This document shows positions 1-10,315 of a stretch of DNA of 64,000 bases, piece after piece. The notes under the pieces were generated by a model that was not told the origin of the DNA, did no database searches, and saw only the letters and a list, made by a program, of their open reading frames with translations. The stretch comes from Candidatus Marinacidobacterales bacterium (GTDB lineage Bacteria > Acidobacteriota > Vicinamibacteria > Marinacidobacterales > SMYC01). The position numbers and the translations under genes were made by a program. Position 1 is the first letter of the stretch. Each line of letters starts with the position of its first letter. The stretch covers positions 3,841,227 to 3,905,226 of the forward strand of contig CBDFNJ010000002.1 of assembly GCA_965250115.1 (NCBI GenBank), in the 5' to 3' direction.

Positions 1-1085
1 GAATAATCCCACCAGCTCCCGTTTCTTCGTGTCTACGCTGATGATGGGATGACCAGCTGCGGCAAAACGCTCGCGCAGTTCGGCGATACACGCGAATTGG
101 GTATCGCGATCTTCGGACGTGGCACCGCACAGCTTCTTGTGGTTCACCCGCAACGAGAAGCCGAGCTGTTTGAGCAGTCGACCGACGGTTTTGCTGCTGA
201 CGTTCACACCGAGGCTTCTTAGCTCGCAAGCAATCTTGTCGGTGGTCCGCCGCGTCCATTTCACTCCCGTCATCGGATCGCCCGCGGTGTCGTGCTTCAT
301 GAGTTCTTCGATCTTGGCGATGACTTCTGGCTTTTTTTTTGCACGGCGCGCCGTCCGCCACCCTTTCGCCGAACTCCGTCGAGCTCAACATCTCTCATTA
401 GCAATTCCCTACGACCTCTGGCTACCGTGCTCGGATCCATCCCGAGCAGTTCGGCAATCTGTTGGTCGCCACCGTGACCGAGCTTCATGGCCTCGACTCC
501 CGCGTAGAGACGGCGCTGCTTTTCATCGAGCAGGCTGTAGAAAAGAACGATCGCAGCCTTCAACTCCACGGGGAGCACGCGGACTCCCCCGACCCAGCCC
601 AACGTGGAAGGTGACGCCTCATGTACCTGGCGGGCCGAGAGCTGTTGCTTGCGCGTGCTCACATCGGTGGCCAGATACAGATATCGGCCGAACACCTGCT
701 CGCGCGCCAATCTTTTCTCTCGGACCAGTTTCAACAGAGGAGCCTTGACGTCAACCTGCACCACGTCCTCGAGTTCGTCGACGTAGTAGCCTGCCTCACA
801 GGCCGCGACCAACGCTTTTACCGTCGCAAGCAACGTCCCGTACTTCGAGAACCACACTGAGCGCAACGACCAAAGACCTTTTCGATCGAACTGGGCGATC
901 TCGTCCAACGTGTAGTAGCTACCACGGTGGGAGTAGCTTGTCCGATACGCCAACTCATTGAGCTTTCGGAAGACGGTCGAGTCCACATCGGTACCCAACA
1001 CTGCCTTCAAATCATCGAGGGTAGCTATTTTGTGCTTCCTCAACAGGCGGTCGAGATCTTCAGACTGATAGCTCGTAGGTCTCAT
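1..1085 (-). mobile_element. Partial ISAzo13-family insertion sequence running off the window start; transposase gene split into two frames at an A9 run
   Basis: ORF 297..1085 contains the family HTH block LDEKQRRLYAGVEAMKLGHGGDQQIAELLGMDPSTVARGRREL...GGGRR. My translation of the minus strand of 1..339 in the -1 frame continues KKPEVIAKIEELMKHDTAGDPMTGVKWTRRTTDKIACELRSLGVNVSSKTVGRLLKQLGFSLRVNHKKL...HPIISVDTKKRELVGLF, which I recognise as the ISAzo13-type transposase core. The IS end must lie in 1086..1285 but cannot be placed without the other end. Confidence 0.75.
297..1085 (-). CDS. ISAzo13-family transposase, N-terminal (HTH) portion ending shortly after the A9 frameshift site
   Basis: ORF track 262 aa. 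The C-terminal 80 aa match the ISAzo13 N-terminal DNA-binding region. It terminates 11 codons after the A9 run (plus-strand T9 at 332-340). Confidence 0.7.
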   Translation of the reverse strand: MRPTSYQSEDLDRLLRKHKIATLDDLKAVLGTDVDSTVFRKLNELAYRTSYSHRGSYYTLDEIAQFDRKGLWSLRSVWFSKYGTLLATVKALVAACEAGYYVDELEDVVQVDVKAPLLKLVREKRLAREQVFGRYLYLATDVSTRKQQLSARQVHEASPSTLGWVGGVRVLPVELKAAIVLFYSLLDEKQRRLYAGVEAMKLGHGGDQQIAELLGMDPSTVARGRRELLMRDVELDGVRRKGGGRRAVQKKSQKSSPRSKNS

Positions 1086-1285
1086 AATAGGAGACGTGCT
1101 CCTTGATAGGCGTAATCCTCCTACAATGAGGACCGTTTGTCAAACACGCGCTGGTTGCTGAAGACCTACAAATGTTCCGTTTCTAGGGAGCTTGCCAGGC
1201 TCTCGTGATGCCAGACGATATCGCGATCACGACCTGAAACAGGAAGAGTGTGCTCAAAACTAGACAGTTATTTTGTCGGCGGCCC

Positions 1286-3670
1286 TTAGCTGGCTGCTTC
1301 GTATTCATCTTTTAATTCCTCCATATTGGAAGCTCGCGCGTCTTTACGACGATCGATTCCCATGAGAATCGGGGGTAAGAGAAGCAGGTCGACAGCGAGG
1401 GCGATGGCGATGATGAGTGCCGACATTCTTCCCATGTCTCCGTTGAAGCTGAAAGTGGATTGGGCCAGGATCGAGAATCCGGCCGCCAAGATGATCGAGG
1501 TCACGACGAGGGCGGCGCCGACAGTCGAGAAGGCGTAGCGAACGGCTTGTTCGGAGCTGAGCTTTTTTTCGCGTCGCGCCCGAAGATACTTGCTGAGGAA
1601 GTGGACGGTGTCGTCTACGACGATGCCGAGACACATGCCGCTGACGATCGAGAGCCCGAGATTGATTTGCCCCACGAAGAGCCCCCAAAGGCCGAAGGCC
1701 ACCGCTGCCGGAAGGAGGTTGGGGAGGAAACTGATGAGGCCGTACTTCACGCTCCTCAGCGCGAGCACGAGGGTCAAACCGATGAGGCCGATCGCCAAGA
1801 GGGTGCCGACGAGCATGCTCTTCACGTTTCGGCTGGAGATATAGGAGAACATCACACCCGGGCCAACGCCGCGCGCGAACATGTGCTCCGGAGCGTTGAC
1901 ACGCAGCCATTCTTCTCCTTCTTCCACCAGACCGATGAGCTCCTTCGACGTGATGTTCTGGACGGTGACCGACAGCTTGGCGGCCGACTTATAGACGTTG
2001 ATTTGATTGTTGAGGTCGAGCCCATATGGAAGTGACATCTCGTAAAGGAGTAGATATTGCGCTGCGAGCTCGCGGTTTTCCGGCAGGCGGTAGTAGCTAG
2101 GATCGTCGGCGTTCAGGTTCTTGTTGAGCTTCTTGAAGACGTCACTGAGGGAGGCGACATGGACGACGCCCGGCTGGCTTCGGTACCAATTGGCGAACTC
2201 CTCGAGCTTCTCCAAGTAGGCAGGCTCACTGATGCCGCCGCTCGAATCCGCGCCCAGGGAAAAATCGATCTGGTAAATCCCGCTCAAGTGCTCCATCGCG
2301 AAGTCGGAGTCCTGTCGGAAAGCCATGGACTCGTCGAAGTAATTGACGAACTGGTCGTTCAGCGAGTTGAGAGGGAGCATAGCCGCCATGAGGAACGCGG
2401 CGAGCCCGCCGCCCCAGAGCAGGGGCCGACGGCGCGAGACGACGAATCCCGCCACCTTGTCCATCGGAGACTCGGAGCGCTCGGTGCGAAGTTTCACCCC
2501 TACCGGAAGAATCGCCATCAAGGCAGGGAGGAAGGTTATCGATAGCACCCACGCCGCCACGACACCCGTCGCACTGATGTTCCCGAGATCGTGGAACGGG
2601 GGCACTTCACTGAAATTCATGCTGAGAAAACCGATCGCCGTCGTGAGGCTGGTTAGAAAGACCGGCTGCATATTCACGCGAAGACTCTCCACGATGGCCT
2701 GGTGCTTGGTTGCTCCGTGGCGCATCTCCTTGAGCATCGTCACCAAGATGTGAATGGCGTCGGCGACCGCGAGGGTCATGATGATCGTCAGGGCCGCGGT
2801 CGACGGAGGCGTCAACGAGAGGCCGGCCCAGCCGGCGAGTCCTAGCGCGCTGGTCACCGACAGCGCAATGACACCCAAGGTGGTGAGGGTCGCTGAAACC
2901 GAGCGGAGAAGAAGGACGATGGTGAGGGTGATCACGAGGTACATCGCAGGAACGAGAGTTGCCATGTCCTTCATGGCCGATTCTTGAAAGGCGTTATTGA
3001 GCATCGCCATCCCGGTGATATGCGTTTCGAAGCCCGGGTTTTCCTCCTCGACGCGCGCGGCAAGCTCGCGAGCGTAGGCGACCGATCGAGCGGTCTCATC
3101 GGCTTCTTTTCTGGGAAGCTGAAGCGTGACGTTGAGTCCAACCACGTGGGTTCGGCTGGGAACGATGCGGTTCAATAGCATCGGTTCGGTCAGCGCGATT
3201 TCCCGTTTCGCCGACAGTTCTTCTGGCGTCAGAGCCTCGGCACCTCGAACGAGGTCCTCGACGATCAGGTTATCTCCCTCGGCCCAGGAATGCTGGAAGT
3301 TCGAGAGCGAGTCCACCCGGATGGCGAAAGGCATCTTCCAGGCTTCGGCCGTCATGTCCTCGACGATGGCCAAGGTCTGGTTCGTGAAGGCTTTGCCGTC
3401 GGGCGGTTCCAGAATCATCAGGATGTTGTCGTTCTTGGTGTAGATGGTCTCCACCGCGTCGAAGGCGAGCAGTTGCGGGTTATCGGAACCGAAGAACACG
3501 CGATACTCATCGACGAATCCCAGTCGTCGAGCTCCGGCGGTGGCCAGGAAGGAGAGTGCGAGGACCGCGACTAGGACCGGCCACCGCCATTTGGCCACCC
3601 AGCGGCCGTAGCGTTCGGCTCTCACCATGTGAGGTGCACCCGTATCAGCACCCGTATCACTAGCTTTCAT
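1286..3670 (-). CDS. RND-superfamily (MMPL/SSD-type, HpnN-like) membrane exporter
   Basis: About 800-aa ORF with an N-terminal TM, a large soluble loop, a 5-6 TM bundle (LVPAMYLVITLTIVLLL...), a second loop and a second TM bundle (GMCLGIVVDDTVHFLSKY). This is the MMPL-type architecture. I moved the start to ATG 3670 (MKASDTG) because GGAGGA lies 7 nt upstream; ATG 3694 has no SD. Confidence 0.8.
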   Translation of the reverse strand: MKASDTGADTGAPHMVRAERYGRWVAKWRWPVLVAVLALSFLATAGARRLGFVDEYRVFFGSDNPQLLAFDAVETIYTKNDNILMILEPPDGKAFTNQTLAIVEDMTAEAWKMPFAIRVDSLSNFQHSWAEGDNLIVEDLVRGAEALTPEELSAKREIALTEPMLLNRIVPSRTHVVGLNVTLQLPRKEADETARSVAYARELAARVEEENPGFETHITGMAMLNNAFQESAMKDMATLVPAMYLVITLTIVLLLRSVSATLTTLGVIALSVTSALGLAGWAGLSLTPPSTAALTIIMTLAVADAIHILVTMLKEMRHGATKHQAIVESLRVNMQPVFLTSLTTAIGFLSMNFSEVPPFHDLGNISATGVVAAWVLSITFLPALMAILPVGVKLRTERSESPMDKVAGFVVSRRRPLLWGGGLAAFLMAAMLPLNSLNDQFVNYFDESMAFRQDSDFAMEHLSGIYQIDFSLGADSSGGISEPAYLEKLEEFANWYRSQPGVVHVASLSDVFKKLNKNLNADDPSYYRLPENRELAAQYLLLYEMSLPYGLDLNNQINVYKSAAKLSVTVQNITSKELIGLVEEGEEWLRVNAPEHMFARGVGPGVMFSYISSRNVKSMLVGTLLAIGLIGLTLVLALRSVKYGLISFLPNLLPAAVAFGLWGLFVGQINLGLSIVSGMCLGIVVDDTVHFLSKYLRARREKKLSSEQAVRYAFSTVGAALVVTSIILAAGFSILAQSTFSFNGDMGRMSALIIAIALAVDLLLLPPILMGIDRRKDARASNMEELKDEYEAAS

Positions 3671-3760
3671 GTGTTTTCCTCCGGATAAAAACATACCGAC
3701 TGGATCGTATGTGTCGTGACGTCACAGTGGAAGTTTCGAGAAGTCATAGGGGAGTGTCTA

Positions 3761-4381
3761 TTAAGGCGCGGCTACTGCTACGGGAGCCCGCAGCGTTTCA
3801 AGGTAGAGGACGAGTCCGTCGATGCAGGCTTCCATCATGGACGCGTCCTGGGAGTTCTTGGCCATGATAGCGATCCCTTCGATGGAGGCGACGATGAAGG
3901 CTGCCGCCTTGCGGCTGTCGATATCGGTTCGAACCTGGTTCGCGCCCTGCCCTCGGAGGAGCCCGTCCGCGATTCCGTCACGCCAGGAGTCGAGGACGGT
4001 TTCGATACGAATTCGGAAGCCCTCATCGATGGGAGACATTTCCTGGGCTAGATTCGCCAGCGGACAGCCGCAGCTACAGGCCTTGCTGATGTGGTCAGGC
4101 GTAAGTCCTCTAAGCGTTTCAACGAGGCCATCGATAGGGTCAGCGGCACCTTCCATCGGCTGAATCCACGTCTCGACAACCATTCCCCGGACGACATCGT
4201 TAATAACTGCGTGTCCGAGCGCATTTTTATTTGGAAAATGATGATAGAGAGCACCTTTCGTAAGATCGGTATTGGCCAGGATTTCCTCGAGGCTGGCGGC
4301 GCGGAAACCCTTCGCATAGATTTCCCGAAAGGCGGCGTCGAGAATCTTCTGACGTGTTCCGTTCGGATCTCGCCTCTTCAT
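3761..4381 (-). CDS. TetR/AcrR-family transcriptional regulator, immediately upstream of the RND exporter
   Basis: N-terminal HTH RQKILDAAFREIYAKGFRAASLEEILANTDLTKGALYHHFPNKNAL is the TetR_N signature. 206 aa. Confidence 0.9.
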   Translation of the reverse strand: MKRRDPNGTRQKILDAAFREIYAKGFRAASLEEILANTDLTKGALYHHFPNKNALGHAVINDVVRGMVVETWIQPMEGAADPIDGLVETLRGLTPDHISKACSCGCPLANLAQEMSPIDEGFRIRIETVLDSWRDGIADGLLRGQGANQVRTDIDSRKAAAFIVASIEGIAIMAKNSQDASMMEACIDGLVLYLETLRAPVAVAAP

Positions 4382-4585
4382 ACCGACCAGTATGTATGTC
4401 TAAGATGACCCTGTCAAGGCAAAAATTCACCCGGCTCTCTTGATGGTAAACCTCGGCAGCGAGATGCATCTCGTAAGCGTGGAGCTCAAATCGCAGTGAA
4501 CCCGGCGAGCAGCCATCGAAACCACGTGCCCCATTTGCGTTCTCGACGACCCAGCTATACGGTGTCGATTTCTGAGGGGGATTGA

Positions 4586-4957
4586 GTGTCGGCTGGAGTA
4601 CTCCAGAAGTGGTACACACGTATCATCGGGATCTTCTTCCTGCTCGTCTTCCTGAGCCTCGTCGCCGATTATCGGGAGCTCGGGCACCGGGCCGAGACGT
4701 GGCACAAGATCTTCCACTGCCTCGTCGGAGCCGCAGTTCTCGTCTTCGGCTGGCACAACGAGCGGTTCTGGCGACCCTTCTGCATCATCAACGGATCTTT
4801 CTTTGTCTTCGTCGCGGCATTCGGATGGACGTTTCCCGACTTCGGAGGACTCGATGCCTTCAATCGACTCGACACGATTCTTCACAGCATCGTTGGCGGT
4901 AGCGGGTTCGTTTTCGGGTTGGTCGGGACGTCGAGCCGAAGCGAACTCCCAGGATAG
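4586..4957 (+). CDS. Small 4-TM membrane protein (DUF4383-like)
   Basis: 123 aa with four hydrophobic helices and His-containing motifs (WHKIFHCLVG, DTILHSIVGG). GTG start with GAGGGGGA SD. Divergent from tetR. Confidence 0.55.
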   Translation: MSAGVLQKWYTRIIGIFFLLVFLSLVADYRELGHRAETWHKIFHCLVGAAVLVFGWHNERFWRPFCIINGSFFVFVAAFGWTFPDFGGLDAFNRLDTILHSIVGGSGFVFGLVGTSSRSELPG

Positions 4958-5027
4958 GTAGCCATGTAAATTTGGAAGCTCTTCCCTCGTCTGGGCCAGG
5001 CCGAACCGATCTCGACGAGCGCGCGAA

Positions 5028-6119
5028 TCAATCGCGACCGATGACTACGTTGCGATAGACGACGCCCACAATCGACTCCGCCCGCTCCTCGATACCGAGC
5101 TCGATCCAGTGCTCCGCGGGCCTATAGGTAGGACCGTAGCCGGTCCGAATCACCACACGATTGTCGAGCAGCACCCGAGCCTCGTTTCCAGAACCTGACG
5201 GCCCCCACTCGACCCTGAACCGATAGACGCGGCTGGGGTCCCAATCCAGGAAGTCATAGCCGACGTCGCGCTGGTCGCCGTTCGAGATGAAGCGTAGGCG
5301 AAGGTAGGGCGGGTTGTGGCCGTTGGTATCGAGCTTCCGAACGTGCACCCGGTAGGGATTCTCCCGATAGTCGCCTCGAGTCGGATCCCACATCCCGAAA
5401 AGGCTGAAGAGGTCAGCTTGCGGATTTCGCCGGGTGAGCCCGATGTTCTCCCACTCCACGAACCCGCTCCGAATCGGCGTCACGACATAGCGAATGAAGT
5501 CTCCCCGGCTCGTCACCTGCCAGCCAGAGGACGCGAAACGGCCTCCCGAGACCTGTCCGCGCGAGCTACCGTTGGTGAGGGGATCGAAGATCTCGCCGGA
5601 CGAGGGAGGCGGAGACGGTGTCGGGATCCCCGACACGATGGAAAAGTCGGAGATCGGAGAATAGGGCCCGGCTCCGGCGGCCGAAACCCCCCGTCCACGC
5701 CAAAAGTAACGTGAGGCGGGGAGGGCAGGTGCCACTCGCCACGACGTCGTCCCGGAGCCACCGGGAGGCTGGGATTGCACCTCTGCTACGACGTCACCGA
5801 AGCTGCCGTTCGTTGAGACTTGAAACTCGTAGGTGAGTGGCCCGCTCGAGGAGCTCGCGTTCTCGACGGTCAGAGTCGGCTGAGCGTCGGTGAAGGCGGT
5901 CCCGGGAAGTGGGCTTACGATAGTGGGTGGTCCCACACCGTTCTCCTCCGCGAGGCCCGACGAAGAAGGCGGGGGCGGTGAAGGCAGTCCCGCGGTGCCC
6001 TCAGTGACTGTCGACGCACTCGAAGTGCCGGTGAAGGGAAGCTCGGGCTGTTCGAGACTCGAGCAGCCCGTGGCGAGGCATAGCGAAATGAGGATCGACG
6101 TCGGGGGCGAAGGCGACAT
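5028..6119 (-). CDS. Probable lipoprotein with Ig/Fn3-like and C-terminal jelly-roll (LamG-like) regions, function unknown
   Basis: Start chosen at the internal ATG 6119 (MSPSPPTSILISLCLATGCSS, signal peptide plus lipobox-like LATGC, AGGA upstream). The 148 aa upstream in the ORF track are Arg-rich and overlap the divergent usp promoter region. Confidence 0.6.
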   Translation of the reverse strand: MSPSPPTSILISLCLATGCSSLEQPELPFTGTSSASTVTEGTAGLPSPPPPSSSGLAEENGVGPPTIVSPLPGTAFTDAQPTLTVENASSSSGPLTYEFQVSTNGSFGDVVAEVQSQPPGGSGTTSWRVAPALPASRYFWRGRGVSAAGAGPYSPISDFSIVSGIPTPSPPPSSGEIFDPLTNGSSRGQVSGGRFASSGWQVTSRGDFIRYVVTPIRSGFVEWENIGLTRRNPQADLFSLFGMWDPTRGDYRENPYRVHVRKLDTNGHNPPYLRLRFISNGDQRDVGYDFLDWDPSRVYRFRVEWGPSGSGNEARVLLDNRVVIRTGYGPTYRPAEHWIELGIEERAESIVGVVYRNVVIGRD

Positions 6120-6233
6120 TCCTGCTATCCCGTCTCGATTTGTGAAAGGAATTTTGAAAGAACTAATGATAACACCTTTTCGTGCGTATCGAGGCGGGCT
6201 CCAGAGTAGTAGGATGCTCCGAGGGAGACGGAC

Positions 6234-7088
6234 ATGAGCGAGGCGGACACGATCGCGCCATTCGTGACTTCCATCCTGCACCCCTCGGATTTTTCGGAGG
6301 GCAGCCACAATGCCTTCGCCCACGCCCTTGCGATGGCCCTCCACAACCAGGCTCGTCTCGTTCTGCTTCACTCGGAAGCCTTTCGTGAACGGGGTGACTG
6401 GTCGCAGTTTCCCGGCATCCGCGAGACGCTGACTCGCTGGCACGCGATACCTGCGGGAGTCGACGAAGCCGAGGTTCTCGAGAAGCTCGCGATCGACGTG
6501 CGAAAAGTCCAGGTCACGGGCACGAGACCTCTGGCAGCGATTCAGGACTACGCGAGTGAGCACGACATCGACCTCATCGTCCTGACGACCGAGGGACGCG
6601 CGGGGCTCTCACGCTTGCTCCATCCGTCCCTCGCCGAGAAGGTAGCGAGTCGTACCCGGACCATGACGCTGATCGTGCCTGGGCATGTCGAGGGTTTCGT
6701 GTCCAGGGACGATGGACGGGCCTCGCTTCGTCGTCTACTCGTTCCCGTCGACCGTCGTCCCGACGCGACCACCGCGATCGAGGCGGCGGCGCTCGCCGCC
6801 AGGAGCATGTCGGTCGGATCGGTCGAGATCTATCTGCTTCACGTCGGCGAGGCAATGCCGCCGCTTCGTGGCCCCGAGCTTCCGGGGTGCTCGTGGCGCA
6901 GGATGACGACGACCGGCGAGCCCGTGGAATCGATCCTCGGGATTGCGAGCGCGCACGACGTCGATCTCTTGGTGCTCGCGACGGAAGGTCAGCGGGGAGT
7001 ATTGGACGCTCTCCGGGGCAGCGTGACCGAACGGGTCGTGAGAAACGCTAGCTGTCCGGTGCTCGCCGTCCCCGCCACCGCTTCCTGA
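6234..7088 (+). CDS. Universal stress protein, tandem UspA domains
   Basis: Two Usp repeats, each ending in the typical motif (DLIVLTTEGRAGLSRLLHPSLAEKV; DLLVLATEGQRGVLDALRGSVTERVVRNASCPVLAVP). Confidence 0.85.
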   Translation: MSEADTIAPFVTSILHPSDFSEGSHNAFAHALAMALHNQARLVLLHSEAFRERGDWSQFPGIRETLTRWHAIPAGVDEAEVLEKLAIDVRKVQVTGTRPLAAIQDYASEHDIDLIVLTTEGRAGLSRLLHPSLAEKVASRTRTMTLIVPGHVEGFVSRDDGRASLRRLLVPVDRRPDATTAIEAAALAARSMSVGSVEIYLLHVGEAMPPLRGPELPGCSWRRMTTTGEPVESILGIASAHDVDLLVLATEGQRGVLDALRGSVTERVVRNASCPVLAVPATAS

Positions 7089-7184
7089 TCCGTCTCGCGC
7101 GCTCACTTGCCAAGGTTCTGTGCGCAAATTACCATGGTGGGATCTGCTTCGTGAGGAGAAGCGCGGCCAAAGGAGAATCTTCGA

Positions 7185-8726
<1,542 letters not shown>

Positions 8727-8773
8727 CTCCCTTTAGCGCCGGGCGCCGCTGGAACCGGTGCTCCGGCTCTTGT

Positions 8774-10315
8774 GTGCACTCTCTCATGTTACCGCCAAAG
8801 AGACTCGGGCCGTTGTTTGGCGTGATCGCCCTGAGCCTCGCGCTCAATCTGACGGCAGTATGGTGGGGACTGCCCTCCCGCTACGGCTGGGCTCCCGACG
8901 AGCTCCAGCCCTCCGTCATCCTGGAGGGGATCGACCTGCGGTTCTCCGGCGACTGGCACCAACCGGCCTACCCGCCGTTCCACTATTACCTCCTCGCCCT
9001 TTCCTACCTTCCGGTGCTCACTCTTGACCTCGTCGAGCCCCAATCCGTCTCCGGTCACACGACGTTGTTCTATCTCGGACGCGCTATCTCCCTGGCGATG
9101 GGCGTCGGTATTCTCATCCTCGTCTATCGAATCGGGCGGACCGTTTTCGACGAGAGGGCGGGCCTGTTCTCCGCTCTCGGCGTCGCCCTCACGGCACCGT
9201 TCATCTATTACTCGAAGACCGCCAACCTCGATGTGCCCCTCTCCTTCTGGGTGGCCCTGTCTCTCTACTTCTTCCTTCGTCTGCTCGAAGAGGAGAGTCT
9301 ACGGGCCCATTTGCTCTTCACGCTCGCGGCGGTAGTTGCGATCTTGACCAAGGATCAGGCCTTCGCCTTCTACGTTTTTCCACTCGGTTTCTACGCGCTG
9401 CGCCGATTCCGCCTTACGCGATCGTTTCGCGCGACGTTTCTCGATCGTCGCGTCATCATGTCACTGGCGGGCGGAGCTACGGCCTTCTTGACACTGCACA
9501 ACGTCGTCTTCAATTTCCAAGGCTTCGTCAACCACTTCGAGGAGATCCTGTGGGCGCGCGGCCACTACAGCGCTTTCGAGAATACGTCATCTCAGCAAGT
9601 CGCTCTCCTCGGCCAGACGCTGCTTCACTTGAAGTTCTCCCTGGGATGGCCGCTCGCTGTCGCCTGTGGACTCGGGATCGTCCTTTCGCTGAGGGCTTGG
9701 AGGACGAACCCCCGACCACTTTGGATTCTGGCTTTCGCGAGCTCCTACTACCTCTTCTTCATCGCTCCCGTCCTCAGTAGCTGGCTGCGCTACGCGCTAC
9801 CGCTCGCGATACTTCTCGCTCCCTTCACGGGTTACGCTCTGGCGGAGCTGGTTCGGGGTGGGGTTCTCCGGAAGTTTGTTGCCGGCGTCACGCTTTTCTA
9901 CTCGCTCTGGTACGCGGCCTCCATCGACCTGCTGCTGCTCGGCGACTCGCGCTACAGCGTCGAGCGATGGCTGGAGGAGTTCGTGCCCGAGGACGCCGTG
10001 GTGGGCTATGTGGGACCCGAGTACTACCTTCCGAGATTGGATGCTTTCGAGGCGAGGCGCTTGCGGCCCACCGAATCCGTGCTCGAGCGAGCCCGGCCGG
10101 CGTTTCTGATTGTCAACCCAGTCTATAGCGAGCGCTTCGAGCCAGGATCCCGCGAGGGCGAGCTGTTTTCCCGCCTGCGCGCTGGCCGGGCGGGCTACGG
10201 GCTCGCGTTGCGTCATCAATCGCGGCCGCGCGGCGTCCTGCTCCATTTCGACGGGCTCCTGGCCAACTTGGACAAGCTCGACCCCGTCATCGAGGTCTAT
10301 CAGAGAGTGGATTGA
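8774..10315 (+). CDS. Polytopic membrane glycosyltransferase, GT39/ArnT(PMT_2)-like
   Basis: 513 aa with many TM helices, an early loop motif (WAPDELQPS...HQPAYPPFHYYLLAL) and a soluble C-terminal domain. This is the general ArnT/PMT-like architecture. Confidence 0.6.
   Translation: MHSLMLPPKRLGPLFGVIALSLALNLTAVWWGLPSRYGWAPDELQPSVILEGIDLRFSGDWHQPAYPPFHYYLLALSYLPVLTLDLVEPQSVSGHTTLFYLGRAISLAMGVGILILVYRIGRTVFDERAGLFSALGVALTAPFIYYSKTANLDVPLSFWVALSLYFFLRLLEEESLRAHLLFTLAAVVAILTKDQAFAFYVFPLGFYALRRFRLTRSFRATFLDRRVIMSLAGGATAFLTLHNVVFNFQGFVNHFEEILWARGHYSAFENTSSQQVALLGQTLLHLKFSLGWPLAVACGLGIVLSLRAWRTNPRPLWILAFASSYYLFFIAPVLSSWLRYALPLAILLAPFTGYALAELVRGGVLRKFVAGVTLFYSLWYAASIDLLLLGDSRYSVERWLEEFVPEDAVVGYVGPEYYLPRLDAFEARRLRPTESVLERARPAFLIVNPVYSERFEPGSREGELFSRLRAGRAGYGLALRHQSRPRGVLLHFDGLLANLDKLDPVIEVYQRVD

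Noticed and set aside
4427-4885. 152-aa acidic ORF antisense to the DUF4383-like membrane protein.
   Set aside because: The plus-strand frame gives four clean TM helices and an SD-preceded start. The antisense ORF is low-complexity (D/E/P-rich) and has no start context.
5028-6563. N-terminal extensions of ORF-track entries. Examples: 5028..6563, 10300..11697, 22088..22738, 31894..32367, 34623..35189, 36239..36589, 39389..40057, 40011..40859, 57044..57313.
   Set aside because: The extensions overlap the upstream gene or a tRNA, are compositionally junk-like, and are followed by internal starts with an SD that reproduce the canonical protein N-termini. I trimmed the coordinates accordingly.
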